A stretch of DNA of 64,000 nt. It comes from Eukaryota sp. GEM-RC1 (lineage: Eukaryota). A program made the translations under genes and the position numbers. Below, piece by piece: positions 36,931 to 51,344 of this stretch; the first letter of the stretch is position 1, and each line of letters opens with the position of its first letter. Location: NCBI GenBank assembly GCA_040285855.1, contig JAUFOQ010000013.1:434001-498000 (forward strand). Direction: 5' to 3'. Under the pieces are notes generated by a model, which did not search any database, had not been told where the DNA came from, and saw nothing but the letters and a program-made list of their open reading frames with translations.

Positions 36931-38998
36931 ATGATCTCTCTGGATTCAGTCAAGGACATTTACTCACAACTTGCTACCACTCCAGTACCAGTAAATCCCA
37001 CCCTGCATGTGACAAAGGAGCCACAATGTGTCACTGCCAGAGTCAACTACTTAGAAAAGTATTCCAGTTATGAAGACAATTCTCATCACCACGTACTTTC
37101 ACAGTACACCATCACTGTTACTTCCAATGGTGACTCTATCACAAAACCACCTTCTATTCGACATAGTGCTCTAGCTATCTCAGAGATCAATGACAATCAT
37201 TTGTTTTGTTTCTTGACCAAAACCAACGATTCCTACTCATTTGACTTTTACTCAGATTCCTTCATATGCTCTATCCCCCATCCAATCTCCTCCACTATCC
37301 ACACATCTGGTCCCCTTGTTAGATCTGGTATATTCCACTGGATCGACAACCACCGTCTCCTCTTCATTGCTGAGTCTCCCAAGCCCTCTTCATCTTCTTC
37401 TCTCCTTGATAACCTTGACTGTGCTGCCTACAAACCCACTCTAGGCGAACAGTGTAACTCCACTTCCCCAATGATTTGGATAGCTGATCTCAATCTCAAC
37501 GAGACTTATCCCGTCTACTTCTCTTCTGAAATCATCCCTGTAGACTGCGTTCCCTCTCCTGATGGTTCAATGCTAGCTTTCACCTCTCTCTCCCTTCCCT
37601 CTAAAGGCCAGTCCATCCACGGTTTCCACGGATGCCCTAACACCCCTGGAAGAGTTCACATTTGCCACCTTCCCAAGTCTAAAGCCTCCAATCAATACCT
37701 CCCTACCTCTGCCATCTCACTTCCCCAGTACAATTCCCGCTCCCCTCGATGGTCTCCTTGTTCTACTCGTATTGTCTTTTCTCTCTTCAGAATCTCCTAC
37801 TCACAATGCTGGAGCTTCTTTGTTTTGTGTTGAATTGAGAGATGGGAAAGTTTTAAGTAGTAGAACTGTGTTCTCTGCTAGTGAGGGTAAAGCGAATCTG
37901 CCGGCAATTTGGACAACTGTTTTACCTGTGAGTTGTTTTAATTCGGATGGTGATTCAGTGTATTTTAATTCGGAAAAGAAATTTAAGACTGGAATTTTTA
38001 AAATTTCTCTAAAGTCTGGTGTTGTACAAGAACTTGATCAATGTGACGATAGTATTAATGACACGACCATCACGTCAACAGAATTGATTGCAATCAAGGA
38101 TGACGTGTTGCTGGTTAAGGAAGATTCCTTTTGGATGGCTCCTCGATTTAATTTGATTGTTTTAAATCATATTCAGAATGAAATGATCTCAGTGTCGTTA
38201 TCTCCTGCCAATTCTAAAATCAATCAAAACAAAATCAACTGTAGACTTGTCCCTCATCAATCACGTGATGGTTATTTATATGATTCATTGCTTTTAAACA
38301 CCAATTCTACTAACAAGGTGTTATGTGTTTTGCTTCATGGAGGATATGCCGCTCAAATTTTATCAAATTTCAATTTAATCATCACTACTTTATTAAAAAG
38401 TGGTATTTCAGTTTTAATTCCTAATTATCCTGGTTCTTCAGGATACGATTTGGCAACTTCCCAATCACTTAACGGTCGGATTGGAGATTCTGACGTGGAG
38501 GCAGTCAAAAACGCAATTGATGACGTTACTTCAGCCTTTGGTTTCTCCAAAGTCTCTCTATGTGGTGGAAGTCATGGTGGATTCCTGACTCTTTCATTAA
38601 TTTCTAAATATCCAAATAGTTTCATTAATGGAGTCGTTAGAAATCCAGTCACTGATCTCTACTACTGCGCTCTTTCCAGTGACATTCCTAATTGGGCATT
38701 CCACTCAATCGGATTACCAATCGAGTCTATTCCGACTGACAAAATAGTTTCAGAGTTTTTTAATCGATCTCCAATGTCTAGTCTACATCAAATTAGATGC
38801 CCAGTTCAATTCCACGTGGGTGATTCTGACTTGAGGGTTCCCATGGGACAATCATTAGCCATGTATTCCTTCATGAAGGCCAGAGGTCAGGATGTTAGAT
38901 GTTTTGTACATGAAGGGGAGAACCATTCATTGAGTGGACCGAAGGCTATGGCTTTGTTTGTACTGAATTTAATCAAGTCTATTGGTGAAAATATTTAA
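36931..38998 (+). CDS. APEH: Acylamino-acid-releasing enzyme-like S9 peptidase
   Basis: RSPRWSP propeller, LHGG, GGSHGGF nucleophile, RNPV, DLRVP, GENHSL; frameshift near 37778; ORF-track start 36565 overlaps SPS2 and is spurious. Confidence 0.88.
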
Positions 38999-39033
38999 AA
39001 ATTCTAGTGTTTTTGTATTTTTCGTTTGTATTT

Positions 39034-39678
39034 TTAGTGTAGTTGGTATTGAAGAAGCCAAGAATAAATTCTATCATCAGCATATGCTCTTGTTGCGGTG
39101 TCAACGTGATTTTGATTGTAATCAACTAATATCCGTTCACCAGTAACTTTCTCATGAAACTTGATGAACTTCAACTTTGCAATGAATGCTGATTCCTTAC
39201 ACCTAGATATCTCTCCTGAAGACAACCATATTGGGACTTCCGGATCCGAATGAGGTACTCTAGTTGGATCTACAGGCCAAATGGCTGCAAAGAAGTTTGG
39301 AAAGCGAAGGGAAATGTCAAAAACTCCATTAGCTCCAAAACTGAATCCTGTGAGATATGTTTGGTTTGGATTACCATTGTTGTGTTGATGAACATGTTCA
39401 ATTATACACTTGACTGACTCAGCATGTTTGTTCCAATGGTCTCCTTTCTTTGGGAGCTGTGGAGCAATACATATGAAGTGAGAAGTTAATGGGGATGCTC
39501 TGGGACTAAAGACACCGTGTCTACAGATTCCAGTCTTGATTTCAGTGGGAGGTCCTTCATCGTATCCATGTAAGAAGCAAATGAGTGGGAACAGGGGTTG
39601 TAGTTCATCAGTTGGAGGTATGGAAAGTAGATAAGGCAGATCTGAGACTCCTTCGATCAGTGAAATGTTAGAAGTCAT
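39034..39678 (-). CDS. Alpha/beta hydrolase, bacterial-type predicted peptidase/esterase
   Basis: PLICFLHG, FICIAPQ, YLTGFSFGANG, FAAIWPV, YSWLL; may start at 39746 with one indel. Confidence 0.8.
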   Translation of the reverse strand: MTSNISLIEGVSDLPYLLSIPPTDELQPLFPLICFLHGYDEGPPTEIKTGICRHGVFSPRASPLTSHFICIAPQLPKKGDHWNKHAESVKCIIEHVHQHNNGNPNQTYLTGFSFGANGVFDISLRFPNFFAAIWPVDPTRVPHSDPEVPIWLSSGEISRCKESAFIAKLKFIKFHEKVTGERILVDYNQNHVDTATRAYADDRIYSWLLQYQLH

Positions 39679-39910
39679 TGAAACGGAGGAAGCTGTAGAG
39701 ACGAGGATTTCTACTGGTGAGATCTCCGAGATCTCTGTTTACTCATTGTGAGGTTTACACACACATGTAGGTATTTTTTCACGGACATTTCGGCTATTAA
39801 TTGGTAGGTAAAAATTGCGAAACTTTGGTCGAAAATTTAAAAGAACATTGTGACGAAAGTTGTCTGCTAACAATAGCTTTTCCAGGTTAGCAATTCTTGA
39901 AATTCAAACA

Positions 39911-40551
39911 ATGATCTCTGAACAAGACCTCGTCACTCACGTTGACACTAAAAGGAGTTGCTGCTGCGATGGCAACAGGAAACAGACTGGGAGAAACACA
40001 GTGAAAAGAGAGGCGCTGTACTATATACAAGAAGTTCTGGAAGTAGATCTGGAATTAAACAAATCAGAATGGAAGTAGAAGTAGAAAGAAATGCATTAGA
40101 CATTTTTACATGGCTGAGAGATCAAAAGAACAAGAAACTTGTTGAACCGAGTGTTACAGAACTAAACGTGCTAAAAGAACTTGAGGATGGACTTAGAATT
40201 AGATTCTGTCACATCGTGTACAAGCTGGTGTTTCCTTTGGCAAACCGAGAAGCTGTTGTTGCAATGTTTGAAGGGAAAGAAGGAGACGTATTCGTTCTAG
40301 GTGCTAGCTCAGTTGAGTTAGACAAAGTACCAGAAGTCTCAATTTCAAGTAGCAAGAGTGTCTGGTCGACTGTCAATGTTTCAGGACATGTGGTAATTCC
40401 CTTATCACAGAAGAAAAGTAAGCTTGTTACAATGGCCGATGTCAATCCTGGAGGGAAGATTCCAACGTGGAGTATCAATTGGGCCGCTGAACACAGGTTG
40501 AAACAACAAGTGGAATTAGGAAAGTTGTTGGAAAAACACATCAGCAAATAG
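39911..40551 (+). CDS. START-domain lipid-binding protein
   Basis: FPLANRE, DVNPGGKIPTWSIN; indel near 39952. Confidence 0.85.
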
Positions 40552-41326
40552 AATAGTTCGGATATTTAAAATTTAAGTAAATTTAATGTATAACATTTTT
40601 AAAAATTTGATTGAACAGTTTGTATATGATATTAAACACCCGAATCTTTTCTCAATTTATACCATGTATTCTAAAAGTCATTACTGTCTAAATAAGTATC
40701 TCTCAATTACAGTATGACAGACTTTGCTAAAGGGTTCATATTAACCCTTTGTTGCAGTGTATGTTCAGTTCTTGTAACAGAAACCAATGCTAGTCTCAGT
40801 ATGTTTTTCTTGAACATATAAGAAATATTGTAGCTAATAATTTGTAGTTTAGAGACACACAACTACACACGTGGAAGTGTGGCAGTGTGCTGTGTGCCGT
40901 TTTACATTTGTATTCTGTATTTCTGTAACGAACACAAATTATGTAAGTATATGTTGCTTAACACAATGTTAATCATGGCTGCTGACTCTCATCACGTCAT
41001 TAATATTTCAATGACCTACATTTAACACTCATCATTCATTGTTCGGTGAAAAAAGATTTAACTACAAAAATTCATGTACGGTAAACTCTCTCTGATTGAA
41101 ACGACTTGGTGAATGGAGTTTAGTTTCAAGTTGCGAGAGTTTTCAATTACAGAGAGTTCGTATAAACCTACCCTTAACTTAATATACACATGTGTACTAA
41201 GCTAATTTATTCCATAACATCAAGTATTTCGTTAGTGTTGCTGAAGAAGACATGTTGATTCGGCACCCAATAAGGTAACCTTCCTACAAACTATGAAATT
41301 GTAAAAACAAACAAAAAATACTAAGA

Positions 41327-42000
41327 TTAAATCCAAACGACTTCATCACCACCCGGTAAAAGATTACGTTTATCAACATTAACCTTCACACCAAACTTGT
41401 ACAATTTCTCAATTAATCTAGAGAAATAGAAAGGCATATTCCGATAAATGGAAAACACTATACGGTTTTTCCATTCAGCCATTCTAAACTTACGCTTCTT
41501 TTCTTTACACAATTCTTCGAAATCCTTGAAAAATTGATCACCAGCAGGACTAATAGATCCAAAAGAGAAACAGCAAAAGGTTGAAACACAAATTTGGAAT
41601 ATGAGTTTCTATTTAAGTCTTCTACTTGAGAGTCATACTTGGAGTGTTTGAGCTTTTCAGCTGCTGTTAATGGATTAAAAGAAGAATCTAATATCGTACT
41701 AACACAAGATTTGTTACATACATCTACTGTAGTAAAATCCATTAATGATTGACTCGATTTAAGCCACGGAGTATGTAGATCCCATCTTTTTGATCAGTAA
41801 ATTCATTTTCTGAAAAATGATTCAAAACTGGTTCAACTTTAGAGTGAAAACCATGTGCTTTAAACAGGGAATAACAAGAATCACGTACACCATCATGAAT
41901 TACTGCACGGAGATGAATAAAGTAACGACAATTAATTAAATGACGAAAAACACCATTAGCTCCACAAGAGCACGTTGAAAAGTTGCTGAAGAATGAACGT
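41327..42000 (-). mobile_element. CRE-like retrotransposon 3' relic
   Basis: CSCG..HLINC..IHDGVRD, HSKVEP, DFTTV, KHSKY, FQPFAVSL, WKNRIVF; frameshifted. Confidence 0.8.
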
Positions 42001-42886
42001 ATGTTTGTTTGTGTTAAACTTGTACGTCTCTTTTCTCCCACTGCTACTTCAATGTCTCTTATTACTTGACTTACAGCTGTGATGTCCTTGAATTCGTGAT
42101 TTTGAACACATCTAGAGAGGATTCTTAAAGAATCCTTCAGTTCTTTAATCGCCCAAGAAGATAAGTCTTCAAGAGTGAGAGAGGGGTGGTCACGAGCATT
42201 TGACTTTTAATGTGGTTGTTTAGTCCTGTATAAGGCATTTTGAGAACAATTGGAAGAAGATTGTACTGGATTTACGATGAACAACAATGTTTTATTCCTT
42301 TTCCGCACTAACATCAATATAGTGCAGCTAGCTGCAGATATAACCTAGAAGACGGCCTAACATTGACTTCAAAGTTTCAATTAGGTCTCAAAAAGTGTTT
42401 CAATTGTTTCAATTTTCAATTTGGTATTGTTTTACTCGACGAGAAGAGAAAATGTTTGCACAACCTTAAAAACGGTGCGATTCCACCGTAAGCGAGAATC
42501 ACTCCATAGCATATGCTCAAGACTTTTGTTGGTCCTCTGTTTTGGCATTGTCTATAAACAAAGTTTAGCTTGATCCTTTTAGTTGAAAACTTCCCCTAAC
42601 ATTAACAGTACATTCTTCCATCAGCGCTCTTGAAAACAGAATTGGAAATAAATTTGGAGTTGGAAAATAGCTCCCAATCAATTTTTCAAATAACTGATTG
42701 TTAATTCAGTTTTGATGAGCCCTGTATATCTTACATATTCTGTTACAGTTACCATAAAAACCAAAGACAGACGTAGTATTTTTTAAGTGTAAATTGACGA
42801 TCTCATTCTAGTTGCGTGGGACAACATTGTATTGACTCTGATAACAAAGTTGAATTTTTAAACTGGAAGAATGAATTCTCCTCCAA

Positions 42887-44500
42887 ATGCTCTCTATATC
42901 TACCTTTACCAAGGAAACGATCGAACAGCTACAATATCTCCGATCCAACAATCATCTCACTGACTGTGTTATTGAGTTCGAGGACTTCGAGTTCCACTGT
43001 CACTTCTCCATTGTCGTTCTCTTTTCCAAATACCTTGAGAAACTAGATCGCCATGATGACGTTGAAATCAACTCTTCGGGGATGGTTGAAGACCCTTCAA
43101 TCTTTGAAGCCATTATGTTGTCCATGTACGGCTCCCCTTTAAACATCAACGAAACCAACCTCTTTGACATTCATGTGATCGCAAAACTCTTAAAGTACAC
43201 TCCTTTGATCTCCCACTGCACCAACCTTCAACTACAGGGACTACAGTCTAGTAACAAAGTCTTCTCCCTCCAAGGAACAACTATTCTAGAAAAGTTGAAG
43301 AGGGAAACTCCTCATGAAGTTCAACTGAAGTATAAAGACTATGTTGCTAGAACAAATAGGCTTCACTTATGTTGTTATTCTAAGTACTTTGCTAACCTTT
43401 GGACTAGTCAATGGGCTGATTCAAATGAACAAGAACTTAGCTTTGATGATATGCTGAAGGTGTCAGCAGAAAGTTTTCAAACATTTTTGAGTTCTTGAGT
43501 GGAAGTGAAATCAAATTGACTACTGAAAATGCTTTTGAATTGACCTATTTAGGATCCTATTTTCAAGTAGAGTCAGTAGTTACTACTGGAAATGACTTTA
43601 TAGAAGACAATTTTGATGTAGGATTTTTTGAACAAGCAAGTGCTTTAAACGATCTCATGTTTGTTAAAAAACTTGGACAACGTCTCACATCAATCAAATC
43701 TATTGATAATGGAATCAAAGTAACTCCAGAAGTATTTGAAATTCTTTCTTCTTTTAATGTTGATTCTGTTTTTCTTGCAAAATGTTTGTGTAATTCTTGG
43801 CAAAATTTAAAATCTGATTGGACAAGCTCACAATTCAATAGTTGTTTGAAATCCATCACGTGTACTTCAGAGACTGTAAACGTCATTTCTGAGACTTTAT
43901 CTGATTTACTTGATGACGTGGATATTGAGCCTTCACTCAACAAATTCTTAGCCACTCTGACTGTAAAATTGAGCGCTGAACTGGTGAAATCATATAAGAA
44001 CTTTACTGAAGAAGTTTTGAACTTGAAAATGAGAATTCTGACCTTTTGCAGATAAATCAAACTCTGAATAATGAGCTTCACAACAAGGATAATTCTTCCA
44101 GTCGGCAGATTTTAAATTTGGAATACGAGAATCGTTCTGTAAGAAAAGAAATTGAACGTCTTAAATCTGAAATTTTAAAATTCAACCCTCCCAATAGTCA
44201 AATTCGTAACAAGTCTATTGCATCGCCTTTTTTTAGAAGTTCTCAAGGTATAATTCCAAAACCAAAGAAGAATTTACAACAAGAACTACCTGTAAAAAGA
44301 AAAGTTAATAGTAACAATGCGTTTGGTAACTTAATACCTTGGTTAATTCCAATGTTACTAGCATTAATCTTGAGGGTAATTTATTGGTAAAAAATACGTC
44401 ATTGCCTTAGCTGAAGCTTTGAAGGTCAATTCCACTGTCACTCAGATTTATGATTATGCTCCATAGTTCAAGACTCTCCAAGTCATCAAAAGAATCACAA
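42887..44500 (+). CDS. BTB-BTB - coiled coil - degenerate LRR protein (several frameshifts, possibly pseudogene)
   Basis: LTDCVI..FHCH..FSKY and RLHLCCYSKYF..W.DS BTB motifs; coiled coil and ALKVNSTVT tail homologous to RING-LRR genes. Confidence 0.7.
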
Positions 44501-45585
44501 AAATACCACATCTACTTCGGTTAACTTGCTACATGTCAATTGTTTTCTTCTCACATCGTGTTTCTTCAATCTGTAGGTACTGACTGTTACTAGTAAGAGT
44601 TTACAGCAACTTACTGCAAACTCTTGCATCAAAATTAAAATGTCCAATTGTAAATGATAAACTTTTCGTAATATTCTCCACATATTTTCGATTCTTCAAA
44701 CCATTTGGTAAAGTATATGTAGAGCAATGTATTCGAAAACCAACTACTTTTGGTCAATTTTTTCTAAACTGTGTGTCAACTAGTCGTCAGATTCACATAA
44801 CACTCCTTCAAAGAAAAATTACAATGAATGCCATTTGCAGTGTATTGAAAAACAACCATAATGTTTCAGTGCTACACAATCACTTTTAACTCTACCGTAC
44901 AATTTTTCTTTGATACAATAGACTGTATACATGCAGTACTAATCAAGCGAACTTATTGTGAATGCTTGGTCTTGATAAGATCAAGAGTTAGCAAACTGCT
45001 TTTAAGAATGAACAAATACAATTTCGTGGAGAAAAGCTGGAACAAAAAACTGTTTCAATCAACGCTACTTTCCAGCACTGGTGATTCAATTGTGATTCGA
45101 TTGGTTGAATTTTGTGCTTAATCAATCCAGATAGAATGTGACCGTTATAAACCTGATCTACAACACAAAAAAGGAATGTAAATGTATCACAGCTCACACT
45201 TGATCTAAACAAATGAATCAAATTTGATTGAAAAGAGATCAATCAAGTCGAATAAATGATTTCGAATGAAAGTTAAACTTTTCGACTTTTATTCTTATTC
45301 TGTTTTTTTGCAGTCACAGAAGAATGACTGCATTAGTAGTTGTAATTGTCCACCATTGAAGCACCTTCAGTACATACTGTATGATCTTCCTTGCAAATCA
45401 ACAAAGGAACACGGGTAGTTAGATTAAAAGATTAATAAAGAGATAAAACAGTCCATAAGTCCAGCAAGATGAACAGACCAGATCAACGATGAAGTTCTAG
45501 TAGTACTAGTAGTTGGCCTTGACAAAGAAAACCAGATTAACAGTCTGGTTCCTAAAATTCTGGTTCGACACTCACAGACCTATTG

Positions 45586-48500
45586 ATGTCTGACACCAGT
45601 CCCTCTTCTAGTCTTAGTACTCCCCAATACCTACGTTGGGTTGAAACTCGTACTCTTGAAGCCTGTCAAAGACTTGCTGATCGTGATACCAAAGATAGCG
45701 CTGCCGATGCATTCTCATTCATATGTTCTAAGCTATCCTCACTCTCTCTTCCTGTTTTCATCTCATGTCTATCATATATGCCTCCAAATGCTCCTTCAAT
45801 GTGCTTTCGTGTCCAAGTGACTGTTCTTCAGGAAACATTCGAGAAACATCCTGATCTTTTCACTACTGACGTCTTCCTCAAATCCCTATCCATCCTTCTC
45901 AAACGTCTCTCTGACAATGACGAACAAACAACCACAGCTGTCTCTTCTGCCATGTTTGCTCTCACCAGCACCGTACTTCTTCCTCACCTCCACGACAACG
46001 ATGATGCTTGGTCTCTATCCCTCATCCTCCGTCCTTTGTTCTCTACAATGTCCGATGGTAACAGAACTCTTCAAGAAGGAGCTACGGACTCTTTGATCGC
46101 TGTCTTTAAAGCTTCTGGCAAGCTCATACTCACTCCCATTCTGCCTAAACTCGTGGCTAAGCTTCTCAAGTTTTTCAAAACTCCTTCTTTCTACGCTAGG
46201 GCTAATCTAAGTTCAGCAGTTTCAGCTCTAATTTCAATCTCTTCAGAAGATTTATTTCCTTTTCTTTCTCCTATTATTTCCTGTCTTGTTTCCTGTACTC
46301 ATGACAGGGGGTGGAAGGTTCGATTCTCAGCGGTGGAGGCTATTGGGTTGTTACCTGAATATTTAGGGAAAGAGGTGGCGTGTTATTATCAGGATGTGGC
46401 GACTGTTTTGAAAAATTTGAAATCTGATAAAATTAAAAATGTACGTGAAATTGCGAGTACGGCGCTCATGGCTTTCGAAGCAATTAAAGACTTCTCCGGA
46501 AGTATGTCCTCTTCTCAATCAAATTTGATTGTTAACAGCCCTCCCAGACGATGGTCAATCAGTTCTGCTTATTTTGAAACTCCTTCTAAGAACACAGATG
46601 AGGATAATTTCACTGATTCTGAGGTTTCTGATGTTCCAACTTTTAAAAAGTCACACAAAATTGAAATATCTTGAGAGAGATTTGATTATGACCTCATCAA
46701 GAATCCGACAGTTAGAAAACGATGTCCCTTTCCTAACCAATGACTTGAAGAAACGTATTTCTCTCCTTGAATCACGTCATGACAGGGGTACAAATGAAGA
46801 GCTCAACAGTCAAATATTAGAAATGATTGAGGAGAAGATTCAAAGTGTGTTGAGTGGACCATTGAGATCACAGACAGATAGTGATCCGATTGATCTCGAT
46901 TCACTCCAATCGAGGATCGAGCAATCAATCGAATCAAAACTTGATGATATGATAAGCTCAAAAATCAGTTCAAAAATGGAGCAAGTTTCTTTCGAACCTC
47001 AAAACTGCCAACAATGCACTGTCGTTGCTGATCAACTTGCTCTATTAGAGTCTGATTTCAATCAACGATATCAATCAAGATCTATTGAGATTGATCAGCT
47101 CAAGGAAAGTCTACAGTCAATCAATCAGCATTTTGATGACGTTACCACCTTCCAACAGTCTCTTGATGGTCAGGATTCAGTTATTAAAGAGTTACAAGAT
47201 CAAATTTCAACACTTACTGAAATATCATCGTCGACAGTGGAACATTCTGAATTATTTGACAAATTTGAAAGTTTAGTTGAAAAAGTCGATGATATGCAGA
47301 CCACAATTACGGAACTATTTGAAATTTCAAATACAAATACAGAGAATCTTGAGATGACTTCAAGTAGAATTGCTACTATTTCTAATGAATCCCGTCATGA
47401 TGATACACACCGACCTGAATTATTTAAAAATTATGAAAGTTTGCGGTCTGATTTGTCATCAGTCAGTGGTGATGTTTATGAGCTCAAATCGTTGTTTTCT
47501 GATCTTCAGTCCAAATCACCCGTTCTTTCTGACCTACAATCATCAATCACGACTCTTTCAGATGACGTGACAGTGATTTACGAAGAACTTTCAGACAAAA
47601 CAAAGATTCTGTCAAATTTGATTGATGATTTGACTATTTCTTTTGATAGTAAATCATCTTCCTTTAATGACCGTATTGAATCAATTGAAACAGCAGCTTC
47701 CAAATCTAGATTTGCCCAAGAACAGAAGATTAATCAACTGACTTCCTCGATTTCTGATCTTCAAACTCACTCAATCAGATTTGATGGATCTGATGACGAG
47801 CTGGGGGATTTGCGAGACAAGTATACTAGTCTCAATTCCAGTCTTGAAAATGCAAAATCTCTGTTCAATTCAGCTATAAGTAATTTACAGGATTCGTTAT
47901 CTAGTAGAATGCAAGTATTTGATCAGAATTTAGATGATTTGTCTGTCAATCAGCAATCAACTCAATCGAAATTAGCAATTGTTGATTCAGTTTTCTCTAA
48001 GCTTGAGTCATTGTCAGGCTCAATCAGTCAAGAACGTCAACAATTCAATCAGAAACTAGAAGATATCACAACTGATTTCTCCGGTCAAATCTCTGAGATT
48101 TCCAATTCATTTTCTACCAATTTCCAAGACGTTGACGATCGTCTTTCCGCTCTTTCTTCTGACAACACCAGTCTTTTATCACAAATCGAAGAAATCTCTG
48201 GAAACTTTGACCAAATATCCAATGATTATCAATTACTTGATAATAGAATTGATTCAATTAAAAACATTGATACTGAGGAGTTAAAAGCTGAGTTGTTGTC
48301 TTTGGTTAAGTCTAATGTTAAGTCTTTTATTAGTTTAGATCATGTTGAGACTAAACTGACAAGGCTAGAGTCTGATTTTAAAAAATCAAATCATTATTTC
48401 ACGAATTTTTCAGAAAATATGTCAGCTACTTTGGAAGCAGTTCAGAAGGAATCTGAGAAATCACTCAAACTGTCAATCAAAAATGATCATTTGATCTCTA

Positions 48501-48751
48501 ATCTGAAACACACGTGTCACCAAGTCGAAAATCTGAAAAATATGATTGATCAAATTTCTCAGTCTCTGAATGTTAATGAACGTTCGTTTTCAGATCTTTC
48601 CACTGTTATTAGGGAAATTGATAGTTGTTTGAGATCTCGAATGGCTCGTATGGGTGAACGAATTTCAATTATTGAAGCTTCTTTGAATTCTGATTGTAAT
48701 TCTTCATTAAAAGCTTTGGAGTCTCTTCTTACCAAAGATCATTCACCATGA
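45586..48751 (+). CDS. TORTIFOLIA1/SPIRAL2-like HEAT-repeat protein with long coiled coil
   Basis: QRLADRDT start motif, WKVR..A and DKIKNVRE HEAT repeats; ORFs join near 46645. Confidence 0.7.
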
Positions 48752-48933
48752 CTAAGTTAATTCTATTGTTTGATGATTGTGCTTTTAAATTGAGATTGAT
48801 TTCTCGATAATCTTTATTGTGTCACTGTTGAAGGTCAATTTCAGTAGGACTTTGTACGACTTTTTTTAAAATATTTGGCTTTCTTTTGAAATATTTGGCT
48901 TTTTCTGTATATTATGACTAAATAACAAACTAA

Positions 48934-49503
48934 TTACACTTTTATTCTTTTATCATATACATTCATCTTCGAGCGCGTATTAGCTCGCTCAAAAAATCCA
49001 GGATAAATAGTGTATTGGTTGTACTGATGTTTAGGTTGATCAAGATCAAAATACTTTGCCAAGAATGACAACAACTTTGGACTTGGCCGGTCATAAGCAA
49101 GTTCATTGGAGTGAATCATAAAGTGGGCAAGAAAGGTATTGAAGAGAGCAATACCAACTCCCCTGCCTTTGGTGGTTGGTTTGGACGTAGAAGTCTAGGA
49201 CAGCGAGTGGATCACACTCCTTGAAGGTACCAAAGGAATCTGTTAGGAAGAGATGTTTGTAGCCAACTTTGAGGTAGCCTAGAGGGATGTTGTGTTGGGA
49301 GAAGACGAAGAGATAGGTGGGGTCGTATTGAAGAGAGAGTTTGAAGGCGGTGGTGATGGGGTGAGGTAGGGACTGAGCTACAGCTGATTCAGAGCCAAGT
49401 TTATTTATATACTTGTCAAAAGAGTACGGTTTTCTGGCGAGAGACGGCTGAGTTTGTCATGGTCCCAGATCGAAACACCATCTGCAAAGACAGTTTTACC
49501 CAT
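48934..49503 (-). CDS. ATAT1: Alpha-tubulin N-acetyltransferase (MEC-17 family)
   Basis: Manual translation: KLGSESAVAQSLPHPITT, GYLKVGYKHLF, VLDFYV..QRQG, LAYDRPSPKLLSFL; two indels (about 49409 and 49162). Confidence 0.9.
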
Positions 49504-49919
49504 CAAATCAGTATCTACGTGAAAGGAGAGCAGTGCAAAGCGATGAAAGAAATGTAATGATAGGGGAGGATTTGATTGTGGACAAAGTTCTTAAGTCATC
49601 CCTTGTCATCACTGCTGACGTGTCAAAGGAAGTCAACCACATAACTCAGTAACAACCAAGTGTCTCATACAGTATTGCGATTTACTTAACCAATTGAATG
49701 TGTACGGATAAACTTCTTTCATGTTTCAACCTTTTGGGATGTCGCATCATGGTAAAAAGTGATACATGTTAACATTGGACCAACGACACAAGGTTATTTA
49801 GCTTCGTTTGTAGTTTGTGTACTGAGTACGGTAAAGTGTTCAGTGAAATTATTTGGTTTTGTAGGTAACGCTTGCACTGTTTCGGTCCAAGAGGGCCTGG
49901 ATGGTGACGTGTTCATGTT

Positions 49920-50430
49920 TCTATACAATGCTATTTGTGATGTCACTTATGAAATGTTCAAATCCTACAATGATAGTTGTAAAATTGAACCTTTTCTGAA
50001 ACATTATAATGACAATAACGTGTTTGATTCTCGGCGTGGTGAACTTAATTGCACTTTTCCTGGATTTATCTCAAGTTTTGGTTGATTTTACTACAATTGA
50101 CCCTTTTGCTAAAGTCTACCAAGACGCCATTTTGAATGATTCAAATGGTCATCTTGAAAAGGTTGAACAGCGAAAGTGTTCTAATTCAGCGGACGTTTTG
50201 AAGAAGCTTAATCAAAATTAATACATTCTAAGTTTTCATTTGTTACATTTACCATTTCTTTTTTTTTGGTAATATTGGTCCAAATGGTTGGAAATTTTTC
50301 AGCGATTTTAGTCTTTTAAGTTGCTCTAATGACAAAATTATTAATGGTTCTGTATACATCAATCGAATTGTGTTTGCTCTTTACAGAAGCATTCCCAAGT
50401 ATTTAAGTTCCATTTCTCCAGGTTGTATAG
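49920..50430 (+). mobile_element. CRE-like retrotransposon 3' relic
   Basis: KIEPFL, RRG, VDFTTID, NRIVFALYRS; decayed. Confidence 0.7.
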
Positions 50431-51344
50431 GGATGATTCTCGAGTTGGTGTGGAGAATTAACTTCTGTCATTTTCTGACGTAGAATGTATTAATTTCTTG
50501 TTGCAAATAAATTCTAGGTAATGAACTGATTTTAAATATTTGAATATACTATTTGTCTCAAAGACCTGGCGTGGATTTTATAAACATGATACATTGATTT
50601 ATTGTTCTTCTAAACAACGTGTTCTGGACATGGTTTGTGATCGAAACTGTATAAAGACTGGGCAGCATGACCTCGTGGGGGATCGGAACAGGATTGTTCT
50701 CTCATCGGTGTTTTGATTTTTCGATTTACGCGACATGAAAGAAACTTTCACTAAGTCAAACATTTGCATAAAACTACATGTACTGATTACTTTGAATCCA
50801 TCTGTCTAGAAATTGAAAAAGCAGATGAAATAAATGAAATATTGCAGTATGAGTATTCATCAAGTGTCTGCGAAATATATTGATGCTTGGAAAATTTGGT
50901 ATTTTTCGTGATGAACTTCTTATAGTTGATACAATAATGCAAAACCATTTAGTAACTAATTCTCCTTGACCATTCCATTCTTTCCAAAAAATGACAGGTG
51001 GCATCAGAAAATCAGTCAGTACGCCCTTGAAATTGATAGATAGGAAGTGAAATAATGATACAATCAGTAGATATGGAGGATGGGTGTGTAAGTGATAGTT
51101 GAAGAGAACTACATCGATAAAACTAAGAAAGATAAAGACCAAGATCCACATTTCAGACACCAATTGTTGTGTAAAGTTTGTAGATGAAAATTGAGGGATG
51201 TGAGAAGATTTGAAGTGACATAGTTTGATTCAAACAACTCATGCCTTCTCACCAAGATCAGAGCTGAAATTGTATAAGACCTTCTTTTTGACAAAGAACT
51301 GGTTGAGAGAGTTTACCAAAATTGAAATTAAATAACTTCTCAAC

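Noticed and set aside
43563..44081. Long antisense ORFs (also 14125, 33155, 40209, 54372, 63125)
   Set aside because: Shadows of real genes on the opposite strand; no recognisable motifs
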